Source: Octopus sinensis
Taxonomy: Eukaryota
Direction of reading: 5' to 3'
NCBI RefSeq assembly: GCF_006345805.1
Contig: NC_043004.1
Location: forward strand, 35,030,001 to 35,094,000
Length of the DNA stretch: 64,000 bases
The notes under the pieces were generated by a model. The model had not been told where the DNA came from. It made no database searches and saw only the letters and a list, made by a program, of their open reading frames with translations. The position numbers and the translations under genes are program-made. Positions 25,673 through 39,107 of this stretch are shown piece after piece (within the stretch, counting starts at the first letter, position 1; every line of letters starts with the position of its first letter).

Positions 25673-25978
25673 AACACACAGGTGCACATGTGCACAAACA
25701 CATACACATGCATACTGACACACACTGTTAATTCTATAAATATATTAGTGTGGAGTGAATGAATTTCTTGAAGAATGGAAATTCCTCAAGAAATTTTTCT
25801 CCAGTGTTCCTTCCCAAAAAAATATAATGATAGATGATACAATCACAAAGAACATGCAAGAATTTAGAGCTAAGATTAAGAATACTATAAGCAATAAATA
25901 TAATTATTAAAAATAAAACACACTCACACACACACACACATGCAAACATATATATATATGCACGCACACACACACACA

Positions 25979-26017
<39 letters not shown>

Positions 26018-26332
26018 GTATGTACATATATATCATATATATATGTATACACACATACACAATATATATACATGCACATACATATATATTTAAGTATATG
26101 TACTCATATGCATACACGTATTTATATATGTGCATATGTATAAACATAAACACGCACGCACACACATACACACTTGCACTCACACACACACACATGTACA
26201 GTCCCTGAATGTCGCAGTACAAATTGAACAATCAACTTTACACATCATGCTGCTGAAAGAAAATAATCATAAGATATCAAATGCTTACTAAAGGTCATCA
26301 GTCATATGTCTGTGTGCATGTGTGTATGCATT

Positions 26333-26363
<31 letters not shown>

Positions 26364-26817
26364 TATGGGCGCACACACATACCTATGTACATTCACACAT
26401 TGCCCTCTATCTCTTCTTCCATAAACAAAACAACCAACATCTGTATTCTCATGTTCTTTTAGGTGAAGCAGATATCTGATTGTTGGACTGAATGTTGAAG
26501 TATTTGGTTTGCATGCACACAAATTTCAGCAAACTTATTTAGTGCACACTTACTGTATATGTATATACACACACACACACACACACACAAGCATATATGC
26601 ATGTCCATAAATATATGAATATATTTGTGTTTGTGTGCATGTGCTTGAGTGTGTGTATGTATATGTATATATATATATATATATAAATATACAAGCATAT
26701 ATGCATATCCATAAATATATGAGTATATTTGTGTGTTTGTGTGCATGTGCTTATTTGTGTGTGTGTGTCTATTGTATCTAGCTACCTATACATGTATGCA
26801 TATGTGCATGCACAACG

Positions 26818-26908
<91 letters not shown>

Positions 26909-27018
26909 AACAGACATGTATATATGCATACATATTTATCTATACATCTATCACTCCCTTCCTCCCACTTTCTCTTATATATGCGTATGTGTGTGTGTTT
27001 CTGTTGTATCTAGCTACC

Positions 27019-27051
<33 letters not shown>

Positions 27052-28701
27052 TTATGTATGTGTATGTGCCTGTGTGTTTGTATAAATATATATACACACA
27101 CAGACATGTATATAAGCATACACATTTTCTATATATCTATCACTAACTCTTATACATGTGTGTGCGCACGTGTGTGCATGTTTATTATATATATTTAAAT
27201 TATATTGATGTGTGTGTGTGTAATTGGACAAATACACAAACATAAATATAAAAGAATTTATATTTTGCAAATGTCAATGGGAAAATGTGAAACTAATTTT
27301 GAAACTGAAGGCAGATGCAAATGAAACATTCTCTAGTTTGTTAATAATAATAATAAGAAATATGAAATTAGCATTCGATAGTGGGTGGATAGCTTAGACA
27401 TGTTTATTACAAACAACCTCAATTGAAATGAATCACAATGCATAAAGGGCCACACAGCTCAGAGATAAAGGTCATAAGTTTAAACCTCGTCTTATATATC
27501 AGTGTGCAGTTCAGCAATGAGAAGAGACTGTAGACATGAATCTACTTCTGGGTTTACACAACAGTAGCTCTAGACAACCCATACAGCTATGGAGAGACTC
27601 GTTTATATGCTGTGTATATAAGCAAATCAATTTAATATGTCATCATTGTTGTGGATTTTCTTGATCTGAAAAGGAGTCCCAGTCATTCCAATTCCTTTTA
27701 CTTCCCCTTCTTCTAACATGGCCCCCTAAGGTGACTGTAGAGACCCAAAGAACATTTTTGCACAAGAGCATTTGTAATTATACCACAATGATGGCCAGCT
27801 TTTCTTTTTCTCATCTGCCATCTTTGGTGCTCTTTGTCTTTTCTGTTCCACTCAAGGAATTCACAGCTAAGACAACAGAAAGTTTCCTTTTGCTTTCTAT
27901 TCTCTATGATTTCCTTTAATTGAGCACCAGAGAGTGTGAGGTTCCACTTTAATATATTTCTGAGCTTCAATTGTGGTCTTCTTTCTAATGTGTCTCTGTT
28001 GTCAGTTCAGAATGAAAGATGGTGTTTGGTAGTCATTGAGGGACTTCAGCAGCATTCTAAGATCTCAGGCAAATTACCACTCTGGCCACTTTACTATTTA
28101 TTTCTTGACTACAGACTGCAACATACATAGGTCAGAACTGGGCCCTAGACCTGTGAAGCCCTGAGCAACTGTCCAGTGTACCTATGCCTTATTGCCCACG
28201 CTTTGAACATGGCTAAACAAGTACCACTGATACTTGATGGTTAGCACTTCCATGCATCCCATTTCAATTTGTTCAAGGGCTTATAACTTTGTAATGGAGG
28301 AGTTTCCCTATTGATAGGGAGTTAACTGCTTGTAATATATTTGATGCAAACAAAGACAAAGAAACAAACAAACTTCCTTTTACATTACTTTAGAGATTTT
28401 TTTTTATCTGCTATTTTTTTTACTAGTTTCAGCAATTTTAGTGTGGCCCTTCTGAGACACATCCTTCAAAGGTTTTGTCAAATAAACCAAATGCAGTTCT
28501 CATTAATACGTTTGGTATTTCTCAGTCTCTTTTTCATTGAATTGTATTCACTTCAGCAGAACTCTACCCTTAAATAGAAATGTCAGGCTGTAGATAACCA
28601 TTAAAGCATGTATTTTATATTAATAAGTTTTAAAATGGTATTTTTAATAAGCAGAAACACTATTTCATGTCATAATTTTCAAATTGTACGGGAATCTTAT
28701 T

Positions 28702-29070
28702 TTTACCTCCACCAAGGAAGGAGGTTATGTTTTCATCGGCATTGGTTTGTCAGTCTGTGTGCAAAATAACTCAAAAAGTTGTGAACAGTATTTGATGAAA
28801 CTTGCCGGAAAAGTTGGTAATGACACAAGGAACAGATGATGAAATTTTGGTAGTGATCCTGGAATTTATATGGATTCTTGAAGGATTTTTCATTTGCTAT
28901 ATTTACTTTACATGAAGTATTACAATGTTATATTCTTTGATTATCTCCCTTAAAAACCCGTTTATCAGTTCAATATAATCTATGGTGGCATTGCTGTTTC
29001 CAAAGTTTATTTTCGTTTCTCTATTAGTAATTTTATTTGCGTATCTATCTTAACACTCAAGTTTTAGGTA
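28702..29070 (+). mobile_element. 5' part of a non-autonomous Helentron/Helitron-like element
   Basis: Starts TTACCTCCACCAAGG..AGGTTATGTTTTC; same start as 29613-29742. Confidence 0.5.
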
Positions 29071-29087
29071 ACTGTTGTTTTTTTTCA

Positions 29088-29490
29088 GGCATAGGAGTGG
29101 CTGTGTGGTAAGTAGCTTGCTTACAAACCACATGGTTCCAGGTTCAGTCCCACTGCGTGGCACCTTGGGCAAGTGTCTTCTCCTATAGCCTCGGGCTGAC
29201 CAAAGCCTTGTGAGTGGATTTGGTAGACAGAAATTGAAAGAAGCCTGTCATATATATATGTATATGTATATATATGTGTATGTGTCTCTGTGTTTGTTCC
29301 CCCCAACATCACTTGAAAACTGATGCTGGTGTGTTTACATCCCCATAACTTAGCAGTTCGGCAAAAGAGACCGATAGAATAAGTACTAGGCTTACAAAGA
29401 ATAAGTCCTGGGGTCGATCTGCTCGACTAAAGGAGGTGCTCCAGCATGACCACAGTCACATGACTGAAACAAGTAAAAGAGTAAAAAGAG
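29088..29490 (+). mobile_element. Composite tRNA-headed CORE-like SINE, full length
   Basis: Matches 7078-7491. Confidence 0.85.
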
Positions 29491-29612
29491 TAGAGAGAGT
29501 ATGGTGAAACTAGCTTTCTGTTGTCATTGATGTATTATAACTGCTTCAGATGGTTCCTGTTTTTGAAAGGTTTTTTTTTTTTAAATCATATGGCTGTGTC
29601 ATTTTCTTTTTT

Positions 29613-29742
29613 AACCCCCATCAAGGAGGTTATGTTTTTGCTGGTGTTGGTTTGGAAAATTGGATGATTTTCAGCATGCGTGTATATGGGTGGAAATGAG
29701 CTGCTTGACAAAGGTCTGTGCTCTCCAAGTGCTTTTCTAGTT
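29613..29742 (+). mobile_element. Short Helentron/Helitron-like non-autonomous element
   Basis: Start ACCCCCATCAAGGAGGTTATG; 3' end CTTGACAAAGGTCTGTGCTCTCCAAGTGCTTTTCTAGTT with a decayed subterminal IR, a short hairpin and a CTAG terminus. Confidence 0.5.
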
Positions 29743-29999
29743 CTAAATAGCATGTGCAGAAATATATTTTTTATTAAATACACTATAGATGAGATAGTTC
29801 TTTGTTGGTAAAATTGTTTAATAACACTGGTCAACAATTTTTGAAAAGTTGTGTGCTTCTTAAATGAGATTACTTAATTCCTATGTATTTTCTTATTCTG
29901 AATCCAAACATCACCTTGAAAAATGCTTATTAGCTACAGTCTTAAAGATACATGATATGTAATATTTGATTATGTTATTATAATGTACAATATGTGTCA

Positions 30000-30430
30000 T
30001 TAAGTTTCAAGCTCCCTTGTCTACTCTCTGCCTTTTTGCTTGATGCTTATAGAGGGCTGGAGAATAATCTCTCGACAATGTCCAGCAAGCATTGTTATGC
30101 TCCATTTGCCCTGGTACCGTTTGTTTATGATTGAAATATCTTGGTGGAACCCTTGACCATGTTCGTCACTAACTGCCTCACAGTTTGCTGGTAAAAAGTC
30201 TAAATGTGAGTCCAAAACGTGAATTTAATGTAACATGTTACATCCCATATTCTTGTAAGTCTTGATGAGGTTTTCCACCAATTCTTCACAGTTCCCTTCC
30301 CTTCTGGTTCTGAGAAATCCCTTTGCCACTAACTTAAATGCTTCCCAAGCATCTTTCTCCTACCCATGAAGGGCTGATTCAAAGCCACCATCTTTAAGAA
30401 GCGCTCAAATCTGAGGCATAATGAAGACTC
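30000..30430 (-). mobile_element. DNA-transposon transposase C-terminal remnant, probably CMC/Chapaev-3-like
   Basis: KDAWEAFKLVAKGFL..ELVENLIKTYKNMGCNM..IHVLDSHLDFLPANCEAVSDEHGQGFHQDIS..RYQGKW, matching the HLDFFP.N.GAVSDEHGERFHQDI motif. Family name is from recall. Confidence 0.7.
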
Positions 30431-30452
30431 CCTTTTATCTTACCATTGCAAC

Positions 30453-30527
30453 AATTTTCGTTGCGTCTTGCAACCTTTTCAATAGTTTTCAAAACTATTG
30501 AAAAGGTTGCAAGACGCAACGAAAATT
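30453..30527. repeat. Perfect 75-bp palindrome (37-bp arms, 1-nt spacer)
   Basis: AATTTTCGTTGCGTCTTGCAACCTTTTCAATAGTTTT-C-AAAACTATTGAAAAGGTTGCAAGACGCAACGAAAATT. Confidence 0.97.
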
Positions 30528-30700
30528 TCTAGCAAAATAAAAATAAGAAAAAAAGTGGAAATTTTACCGGTGAGTGTGTTACATTATAAGGCACAAAAAG
30601 AAAATGACTCTCCCCAGACACAACAGAATATGCTTCAACACACGAACTCATATAAAGAATCTTGCAAACCAAATCCAAATACCAAATAACAATTAGTAGA
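30491..30700 (+). repeat. Unclassified interspersed repeat (also at 46607-46830 and 58030-58180)
   Basis: Shared GTGGAAATTTTACCGGTGAGTGTGTTACATTATAAGGCACAAAAAGAAAATGACTCTCCCCAGACACAACAG. Confidence 0.85.
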
Positions 30701-32614
30701 TAAACAGAAAATCCATTCATAAATTTATCATTGTAATACAGAGGCTGACAGCTTAGCAGATGTGCTTATATCATTCAGTAGAAAAATAAAATTAATATAA
30801 AATGCCTTACATGCATATCAACAGCTTGCTCAATGAATATTTATTATAAATTTTAAAAGTGTTTGACTAGGAAAATCACTTCCCTTTCACTTCAGTATAT
30901 AAATTTGCATAGCACAACCAACTCCTATGACTGCTGGAACAATACTGAAGGGCAGTGGGACTGTGAGTACAGTAAGAAACACACTGCTGCAAGCCAGTTG
31001 GAACCTGTTGTAACATGTACATGTATCTTGAAAAGTAGAGCTACCAAACAGTTTTAACCATGATATCCATTATCAGCAACCTAAAATTAGTTGGAACTTG
31101 CTACTCTTGTCTCAGAAGCATTTTAGTTGTTGACCAGTGTAATTAATTCAGGATGGACACTGTTTTATAACTGTTATACCTTGGATTGAGCAATACTCAG
31201 TACCTGTCAGTACTTGAACCTATAATCTTATATTCAGGGTAACACTCGAAATTTAAAACTATCCAGCCACTTCTGAACTTAAAGAAGAGAATCATTACCA
31301 TTTACTCAACAAAATCAGAAGTGCATGTCTTAAAATTTTATTTTCTTTCTAAATTAACATTTGTCCAGATTCACCTTTGGATTTGCAGAAAGCAAAAATA
31401 GAAAAGTATTTAAGGCAACTTCCCTTCATAATCCCTACTGTATTTAATCTGCCAATCTATAATGTAATCATGCAGCTTTCTTACCTATTTCCTAATAAAT
31501 CTTGTGCAGTAGCAGCAACAGAGACTGGACCGTATTGGCCACTAGATTTAGATAAATATCTTGTAGTGAGTAGCAGAAAACATGACAGAGAAAGATTTAG
31601 TCATCAGCTGAAATGAGATGAAACACTTTGGGAAATTGAAGTAGTCAGCTGCGAGCAACAAACATGCCAATGTTACAGAATGAAATTTTTCATTTTTCGA
31701 TAATCACAAAACTGTTGAGATAACAATAAAATTGTCACGCTTGTAAAATATCGACTATTCCAAGATTAACGAGCTGCTAGCCGAGTGTTAGCTAACACAA
31801 TTCTGAAAGTGGGAGACAGATTTACGAGATGGCTTTGTTAACAATTCTTCCATATGAAACAAAAGCTGGAAAGAGAAAAACCCAGTTAAAATTATAACTT
31901 CATGCGGAGTAAAAAATTTTTGCAACAAAATTTTGAACCTCTAATGAGGTGTTTAGAGGAGAAATTTATTTCTAATCATGTTGGCTGCAATGGTATGAAT
32001 ATTAAATCTTCTTGTTAATATGATGGAGACTGTATTAAAGAAGCTTCGTTAAAGATTATTAATAATACAATTTAAACAATATATTTCCAACTTCTCTGGA
32101 AGTCAAGATTACTAATGTCAATATTTATAAATGGTGTTTCAATAAAAGTGAAAATGAAGATAAAATACAATTTCTAAACATAAATACTAATTTGTTTATT
32201 TTTTTTAACCATTTGTTTTTACGTTAATGACTGCAATATTTTAATCATATTACAAGATTTAAAATGGCCATGCTAAGAATCCTCAGGAAAAATACGCTAG
32301 TATGAATGGTTGTTTTAATCATAGCACTTGAAATGGAAAAGATACAAGATTTACCAAATATTTAAATGCAGAATGAATTCAGCTTGTGTAATACAAACTC
32401 CACAAAGCCAGTCACATGATAAGCTTTACTCTTTTGTAAGGAAACAGTAAAATAGACAAATTCTAATGAACACAGTGTTTATCACTGGAGAAGAACATGA
32501 CTCTTCTGAGTAAGGTCAGTATTTAATGAGATCAATACTGTAGTAATAATCATACTTGATATGCTAAATAAAAATAGGAAAATACTCGACACTGTGTAGA
32601 AACAAGGAATTCAT

Positions 32615-32842
32615 TTAACCCTTTAGTATTGAGATTGTTGTGTCAAATGCAATGCTTATCTATTCACATTGCTTTGAATTAATCATGCACCATCTCATAA
32701 CTTTGAGATTTTGATGATAAGATTCTATGTTATTAAAATGTCATTGTAGGTTAGGTGTGAAAAGTGAGAGCTGGCCAGTTTGAACATAAAACAGGTTGAT
32801 AATTTGGGCTGGAGACAGCCAGTTTAAATGCTAAAGGGTTAG
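32615..32842. mobile_element. piggyBac-type MITE
   Basis: TTAA-CCCTTTAG ... CTAAAGGG-TTAG; same family as 38909-39107 in the opposite orientation. Confidence 0.75.
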
Positions 32843-33548
32843 AAATGGAACAAAACCTCTGGAAGACATAAAGCTAACCATAAGTAGTTAACAAAGGAAT
32901 TAGTCAGTGCACAGCTGGCAAATAAGTTTGTAGATAATTATGTTTTGAATATAAATATACAATGAGTTTATGCATATTGCAGCTGCAAAAGAAACTGACG
33001 AACAGCTTCTAGGATAAAATATGGCAAACGTGGATATACTTACCTCACTAAGAGGTGACATGTGATGGAGATGACAAGAAAAATAATAACATGTGGCAGA
33101 TTGATCCACCTCGCACAAGCATTTAAAGTAGATGTTTGGTGGTGGTGTTGATGGTGGCAACAATGACAATATCAACAATGTTGAGGAAAATGATGATGAC
33201 GATGATGATGATGGTAACAGTGATCAAGTTAATGATGATAATGACACAATGATAATTGATAAAAATGATGATGGTTGAAATGATGATGATGATGATGACG
33301 ATGGTGATAACAATGACGACGACAACAACGACAATGATGATTCCTACTCAGAGCTATTATTCATTTTTGAGAAACTTGAATTTAATTGCCGTTGATGAGA
33401 AAAAAATTGTATATAGAGTAATATTTTATATTCTAATTGAAATCAAGAGACATGATATGGATCTTTTTGTGAAATATTTCATCAGAAAATTGTTCCTGTT
33501 TTGTCAGCTGAAGCTAGATTAGAACTGGCAGAGAGAGAGAGAGAGAGA

Positions 33549-33606
<58 letters not shown>

Positions 33607-33984
33607 GAGACCCTGCAAACTCTGTTGAAATTAAATTTTTTTTTATTTTGATGTTATCGTTTCAGAGATGACAATTGTAAATTGTCTAAGAAGGAAAACA
33701 AACTGAATAGTCTGATGGCAAACTGAAATAAAATAATTTACTAGCTGGGCTATAATGTAAAATTATTTTCACTAAATATTCGTTGATATTAAACAAAAAC
33801 GTTTGATTGAATAAAATGAATTTTAGAAACATTAGAACAAGTTCAAAGAGAAATCTTTGGTGATTACGATTTTCAATATGTTATATATAGTCAATGAGCT
33901 GTGTTCTGGAATGTTTGAGTTGTTATTGTCTTGCTTATATAATTGCCCTGCTGTTCAATACTTGGTGCAATGTATAATATAGAA

Positions 33985-34034
<50 letters not shown>

Positions 34035-34065
34035 AGAAGAAGAAGCAGAAGGAGGAGGAGGAGGA

Positions 34066-34096
<31 letters not shown>

Positions 34097-34109
34097 AGGA
34101 GCAATAATA

Positions 34110-34325
34110 ACTATCAACATGGCTCAAAAAGATTGGTACAAATGTCAAGGTAGAACACCTACAAAAATCATCATTACTTGGAACTGAAAGAGTTCTCCAC
34201 AGGGTTCTTGAAGTATGACCAGTAAACAAATGTCACCTTAACCTGCTGGCCATGGACAGCTGACACTTTCCATCATACCCAGCAAAATAAGCTGTGAGTT
34301 TTCATGAAATAATAATTAATGTTAA
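34110..34325 (+). mobile_element. R4/Dong-like LINE 3' end with UTR
   Basis: LSTWLKKIGTNVKVEHLQKSSLLGTERVLHRVLEV*, followed by a UTR resembling 10490-10560 and an AAT-rich tail. Confidence 0.75.
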
Positions 34326-34761
34326 TAAATAGGGTTTGGGATTTATTCAATGCGGAAAAGACAGAATTTATGTGCAACTTCAAGAAGACTGACCGTTGGA
34401 GACTAAATCAAGAAACAAGTCAATAAAGTATTGAAACACATTGAAACAAAGAATAGCACACAAACAAATAAACTCATCAAGGCTGCAAGTAGGGCTGTTG
34501 TAGAAAGGATGGGATTGAAGACCAATGAGAACAGAACATTGACAGAAAGAAAAGGAAATAAACAACCTTGGTGACAAAAGAGAAAGGTCCCAGAACAGAG
34601 TACTGACAATACTTGATAGGAACAGAAAAGGAGAATTGAAGAATGATTGCAAATTTTAAAAAGAAATTGAAGACGTATGGAATTGATACAAAAGGATTGA
34701 GTGTATTGTCATTGAAGAACTGAAGCAGTGCATACTTGTCAAAAAAGCATAGCTAACTAGG

Positions 34762-34990
34762 TTTGAGTTGGCAGAGTCGTTAGCACGCCGGGTGAAATGC
34801 ATAGCCGTATTTCGTCTGCCGTTATGTTCTGAGTTCAAATTCCGCCTAGGTCGACTTTGCCTTTCATCCTTTTGGGGTTGATAAATTAAGTACCAGTTAT
34901 GCACTGGTGTCGATGTAATCGACTTAATCTGTTTGTCTGTTCTTGTTTGTCCCCTCTGTGTTTAGCCCCTTGTGGGTAGTAAAGAAATAG
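34762..34990 (+). mobile_element. tRNA-derived SINE (third family; degenerate copies near 11350-11520, 50010-50180, 51000-51370, 59970-60050)
   Basis: A-box TGGCAGAGTCG, B-box GAGTTCAAATTCC, and central GACTTTGCCTTTCATCCTTTTGGGGTTGATAAATTAAGTACCAG shared between copies. Confidence 0.75.
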
Positions 34991-35107
34991 GTTTGAGCAA
35001 TGGATTAAACAGTTCTGGCAAAACTGATTGTTTAGAATCAATGAAAATATATTTTATCAAGAAATTAATGAGGATTTAGCATGCAAAATATTTCTTCCTG
35101 TTGCAGA

Positions 35108-36050
35108 TGAAAGCCAACAGTTTTGGGGTGAAATAAGGAATAAGCAACCACAACACAATACAGGAGCTGAATGACTCCACAGCCTGAAACAATTTTTTAT
35201 CCCCAATAAGAAGCTATCTTAAAGACAGTATCAGAAATATGAGCAAAAAGATGCACAACTGGAAAGCAGCAGGATTTGCTGGTGTGCAGCGATTTTGGAT
35301 AAAAAGACAAAAAAAGTTCAGTAGGTGCCATAAATTGATTGCAGAACAATTTAATGCTTTGATTGATGGAACAGAAGAATTTCCAAGGTGGTTGATCAAA
35401 AGACAAACAGTCTTGTGCTTGAAGGCTGTATCAAAAGGAAATAATGCTGCCAACAATTACCGGCCAATTTCTTGCCTTTCAATAAAATGGAAGTTACTGT
35501 CAGGAGGGATTGCGGAAGAAATGTACAAATTTCTTGATATGACATTTTACCAATGATGCAAAAAGGTTATAGGAGGAGATGCAGAGGTTCGAAAGAGCAA
35601 TTATTAATAGACAAAATGGTAATGCAAGATTGTAAGGGAAGGAGGACAAATTTGGTAATGGCCTGGATTGATTATCACAAAGCTTATGATGTGATTCCAC
35701 ATTAGTCATTACGTTCCTTGCAAATTCCAAACATATCTATGTTTGGAATTGCAAGGAACATAACGTTTTCTGAATAGAAGTATGGTGGGGGTGGATAACT
35801 GAGTTGACATAGAACAGACAAAGCTTGTGCACTCGGAGCATCAGGAGAGGAAGTTTCCAAGGGGATAGCTTATCTCTGTTACTTTTTGTACTTTACCCGA
35901 TCCCTCTGACCTTGGTGTTTAGGAAAGCGAGTCTGGGATATCAGTTAAAGGAAAAACACAAAGAATCAACTATCTCCTCTTCATGAATGATTCCAAGCTG
36001 TATGGCAAGGATGAGGTACAAGTGAGTTCCTTGGAGAACACAGTCCACTG
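35108..36050 (+). mobile_element. R4/Dong-like reverse transcriptase fragment, frameshifted
   Basis: ESQQFWGEI; NNYRPISCLSIKWKLLSG; QLLIDKMV; [15 protein letters not shown]; FQGDSLSLLLF; INYLLFMNDSKLYGK (YxDD-equivalent). Confidence 0.85.
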
Positions 36051-36849
36051 TTTATGGGGAAAGAAAAAGATTGAAGATAGGAACTATGTCTGGTGTACAT
36101 TTTTAGAGAAATCTAAAGAACTCAGCTAGGCCAAGTCACCTTATGTCATTGAAGCAAATAAAGAGGTTGTTATGCTATTTAGCTCTAAATCACCAATTTT
36201 CAAGCAAAAACACCTATGATTAAAATTGTTCAGGTTGTGATAACCTCAGCTTTTATTTGAATAGTGTATCCAAGACTATATTTTTCACTGTGTCCTATGT
36301 TATTTAAAAGACAGTTGTGTGTGATTTGGTGAACATTCGGGTGGTAACAAGTTGAGGTCATTTAAAAGTTCCTTCATTGGTTAGTGGAACAAAGAAGTTT
36401 ATACACACGGTATATGCATAGTGATTGTGTTGATATGGTGCCTATACATACATGATAGTGATGAAACAGCACGAGTGAAGTAGATTTGTGGAGTGGGGTG
36501 GAGTTAGAAATGAAATAGATATCAAACAGAGTGTGTACTATTACAGAGTTATTTTAGGTGAGGTGCAATGGATTGAAGGTTGTTCTGCAATTTGAGACGT
36601 GAGACTGTTTACAGGATCCATGGTGTGCAAAGTATCTTTTATCTTCATCATAAACATTCTGAAAATATATTTTTAGTTGGTGATATACTTCTCACTTTTG
36701 GTGATGGCTGGTGGCTTTCGTTTGATTTTTTCCAGAAAAAATTCTTTGTTTATTTTCATGCTTCACAATTTCAACAAATGAAGAATGTGCTGCAGACTTT
36801 CTTTACAGAATAAAAAAAAAAATGGATGATGCTATAGAATGATTTTCTG

Positions 36850-37370
36850 GGTTATGTACTTAATTCAAATATTTCAGAAGGGTGAAAAGCAGTCAGCATA
36901 GAACTGGTGACACTACAGTTGGTTAGCTAGCCCGGTTGTGGTGGAGGGAGATGCAGTGTTATGAAATAGAAACTTTTAGGTGTATTACTACTTTGATTAG
37001 GTAAAAGATACCGAGATGGTTAGGGCTGGTTCATGTCTGGAGGTGAGAGGAGTGTCAGTATGTGAGTTATCGATATGGTAGTAAGTATAATAACTGGTAC
37101 AGACAGATCACTATTGCAAACGATTTGGTTTCATTGCTGACAGTGTTGGTATGGAGGTCAAGAGAAGTTGAGTGTGTTGAAATCAGTGATGGTGATGACT
37201 TCAGAAAGAAGATTATGTGAGAGTTTCTTTAAGGAAATATAAGGCATTAACTGTAAGTTCAGGCCAAAGCCTTCTCTTTCAAGGACCTTTACAGGTAAAC
37301 CATTCCTACATCTACATTCATATAATCAGTGCTACTGACCAAGGTAAGAAGAATATCAAGAGCTAGTGTT
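36850..37370 (-). mobile_element. Highly degenerate Penelope-like RT remnant (tentative)
   Basis: Minus-strand segments resemble the LTLN.FSF..HYQQ..G.AMGTKM region of PLE RT; many stops and frameshifts. Confidence 0.35.
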
Positions 37371-37479
37371 TTCCTTAGAATTTGTCTTAATCTGAATGCA
37401 TGCAAGAGGGTCAGGAGGTGGAGTCAAATCAGGGCAGTTAGGGTTAGTCATATAAATGATAAAATAAATGCACCCTTTT

Positions 37480-37716
37480 AAAGCCTAGGCAGGCTCATGG
37501 GGCCGGTTTCTCAGTTTCTATGGTGTATGTGTTCCCCAGCTGGACAGGATGCTTGTCCATCTCAGTGTTATTCATTTTTGCCAACTGAGTGGACTGGAAC
37601 AACATGATATGAAGTGTTTTGCTCAAGAACACAATGCATCTCCCGGTTCAGGAATCAAAACCACAATCTTACGATCATGGTGCTGACACCCTAACCACTA
37701 AGCCACACGCCTCCAC
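37480..37716 (-). mobile_element. tRNA-derived SINE (fourth family)
   Basis: Minus-strand head GTGGAGGCGTGTGGCTTAGTGGTTAGGGTG..GGTTTTGATTCC, central TCCACTCAGTTGGCAAAAATGAATAAC. Confidence 0.7.
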
Positions 37717-38908
37717 AGGGTTAGTCATAGTTCATCAATAAACAACATCAATAAACAATGAATGTGGTTGGATGTCATGACATCATTACCAAGATTGTTG
37801 CCTCACTGGACTCAGAACTTCATTCTGCCATGTAAATTCAGAGACACAAGCGCTCTTAAATGGCTGTCTTTGTTGCAGAAGCAACATTCCTTTTAAAATA
37901 ATTCTCTCATAGTTGACACTTGGGTGGCAGTGCTAGTGGTTAAGAGACATGAGAAAGAGGGGGGAGAAGTGGGATAATGATAAAGATAAGAGTAACAAGA
38001 GAAGGGGAAAATGAGAAGGATAGATGGAAAGAAACATGAAGAGTAAAAGAGTAAACCAAAAGATAGGAAATTTAATGAATATGAGAACTAAGAATGGATG
38101 TAGAAGGAAGAATGAAATCTCTCCTTCAAAATTGTGTGGGAGAGAATGAGATATAGAGTAGAATGCTACAGCTACAGATATAGTATGAGATGAATAGAGA
38201 GTAAAGAGGTGACATCATTTTTATAAAATAAATATCATAGTTTAAAAGGCTTCATAGTAAACTGTATTTATAAATAATATTGAAAGTAATTTTAAAAAGA
38301 AAAAGAAACAGTGTAAAATTAGATCAGTAAAACCCATTTCATATATAAATGGTACTATATGTTATAGAATGATTAGTTGTAGAAAAATCTGAACAAAAAT
38401 AATCCCTTAAGCAGAATATAATGAAGGATATTGATTAGAAAGTATGTTTATGTATTCTCATCAGTTTTAGAGCAGCCTTAAAATATCCTTCCACCAATTT
38501 AGAACAAAAACTGTATGGATTCCTCATAAAGGCCATGGGTAGAGATACAACTGACAAAGAATAAAAATAACTCTAAACACTCCTCTTTATTAATCTTAAT
38601 TCAATGAAAAAATTTATTGTGAGTGTGTTTGGGTGTTTTTATTATTATTATTATTATTATTATTTATACTTCAGTCAAGGAGGAAGGTAGCATCTACTAC
38701 CCACGCTTACTATTTTAGGCTAATGCCATCAAGGCTGGTAGGGGAAAAATAAGGAAATTATCTTTAGATTAGAAACATAGCCTTATAATAGACTGGATTA
38801 TGCTAAAGGCACCCCAAGATTAGTTTCCTTTTAAAATCTGGTTGCTACTGACAAAAGAAAAGACTAATGCATAAATGCAGGCTCCCAACACCTATGATGA
38901 ATTCATTT

Positions 38909-39107
38909 TTAACCCTTTAGCATTTCAATTGGCCATATCAGCCCCAAATATTTTACCTGGTCTATATTCAAACTGACCAGGACGAGTCTCTCGAATCTAC
39001 TTTATTCTAAAAATAAACAATCACATTATCAAAATCTTGAAGCTACAAACCAATGTGAATAAACAAGCATTAGATTTGGCAAAGTAATCTTACTGCCAAA
39101 GGATTAA
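38909..39107. mobile_element. piggyBac-type MITE, degenerate
   Basis: TTAA-CCCTTTAGCATT ... CCAAAGGA-TTAA. Confidence 0.7.

Noticed and set aside
37295-37343. Plus-strand exon-like segment encoding a cadherin-like SATDQG motif
   Set aside because: It lies within what appears to be a decayed Penelope-like RT on the other strand, and the rest of a cadherin repeat is absent.
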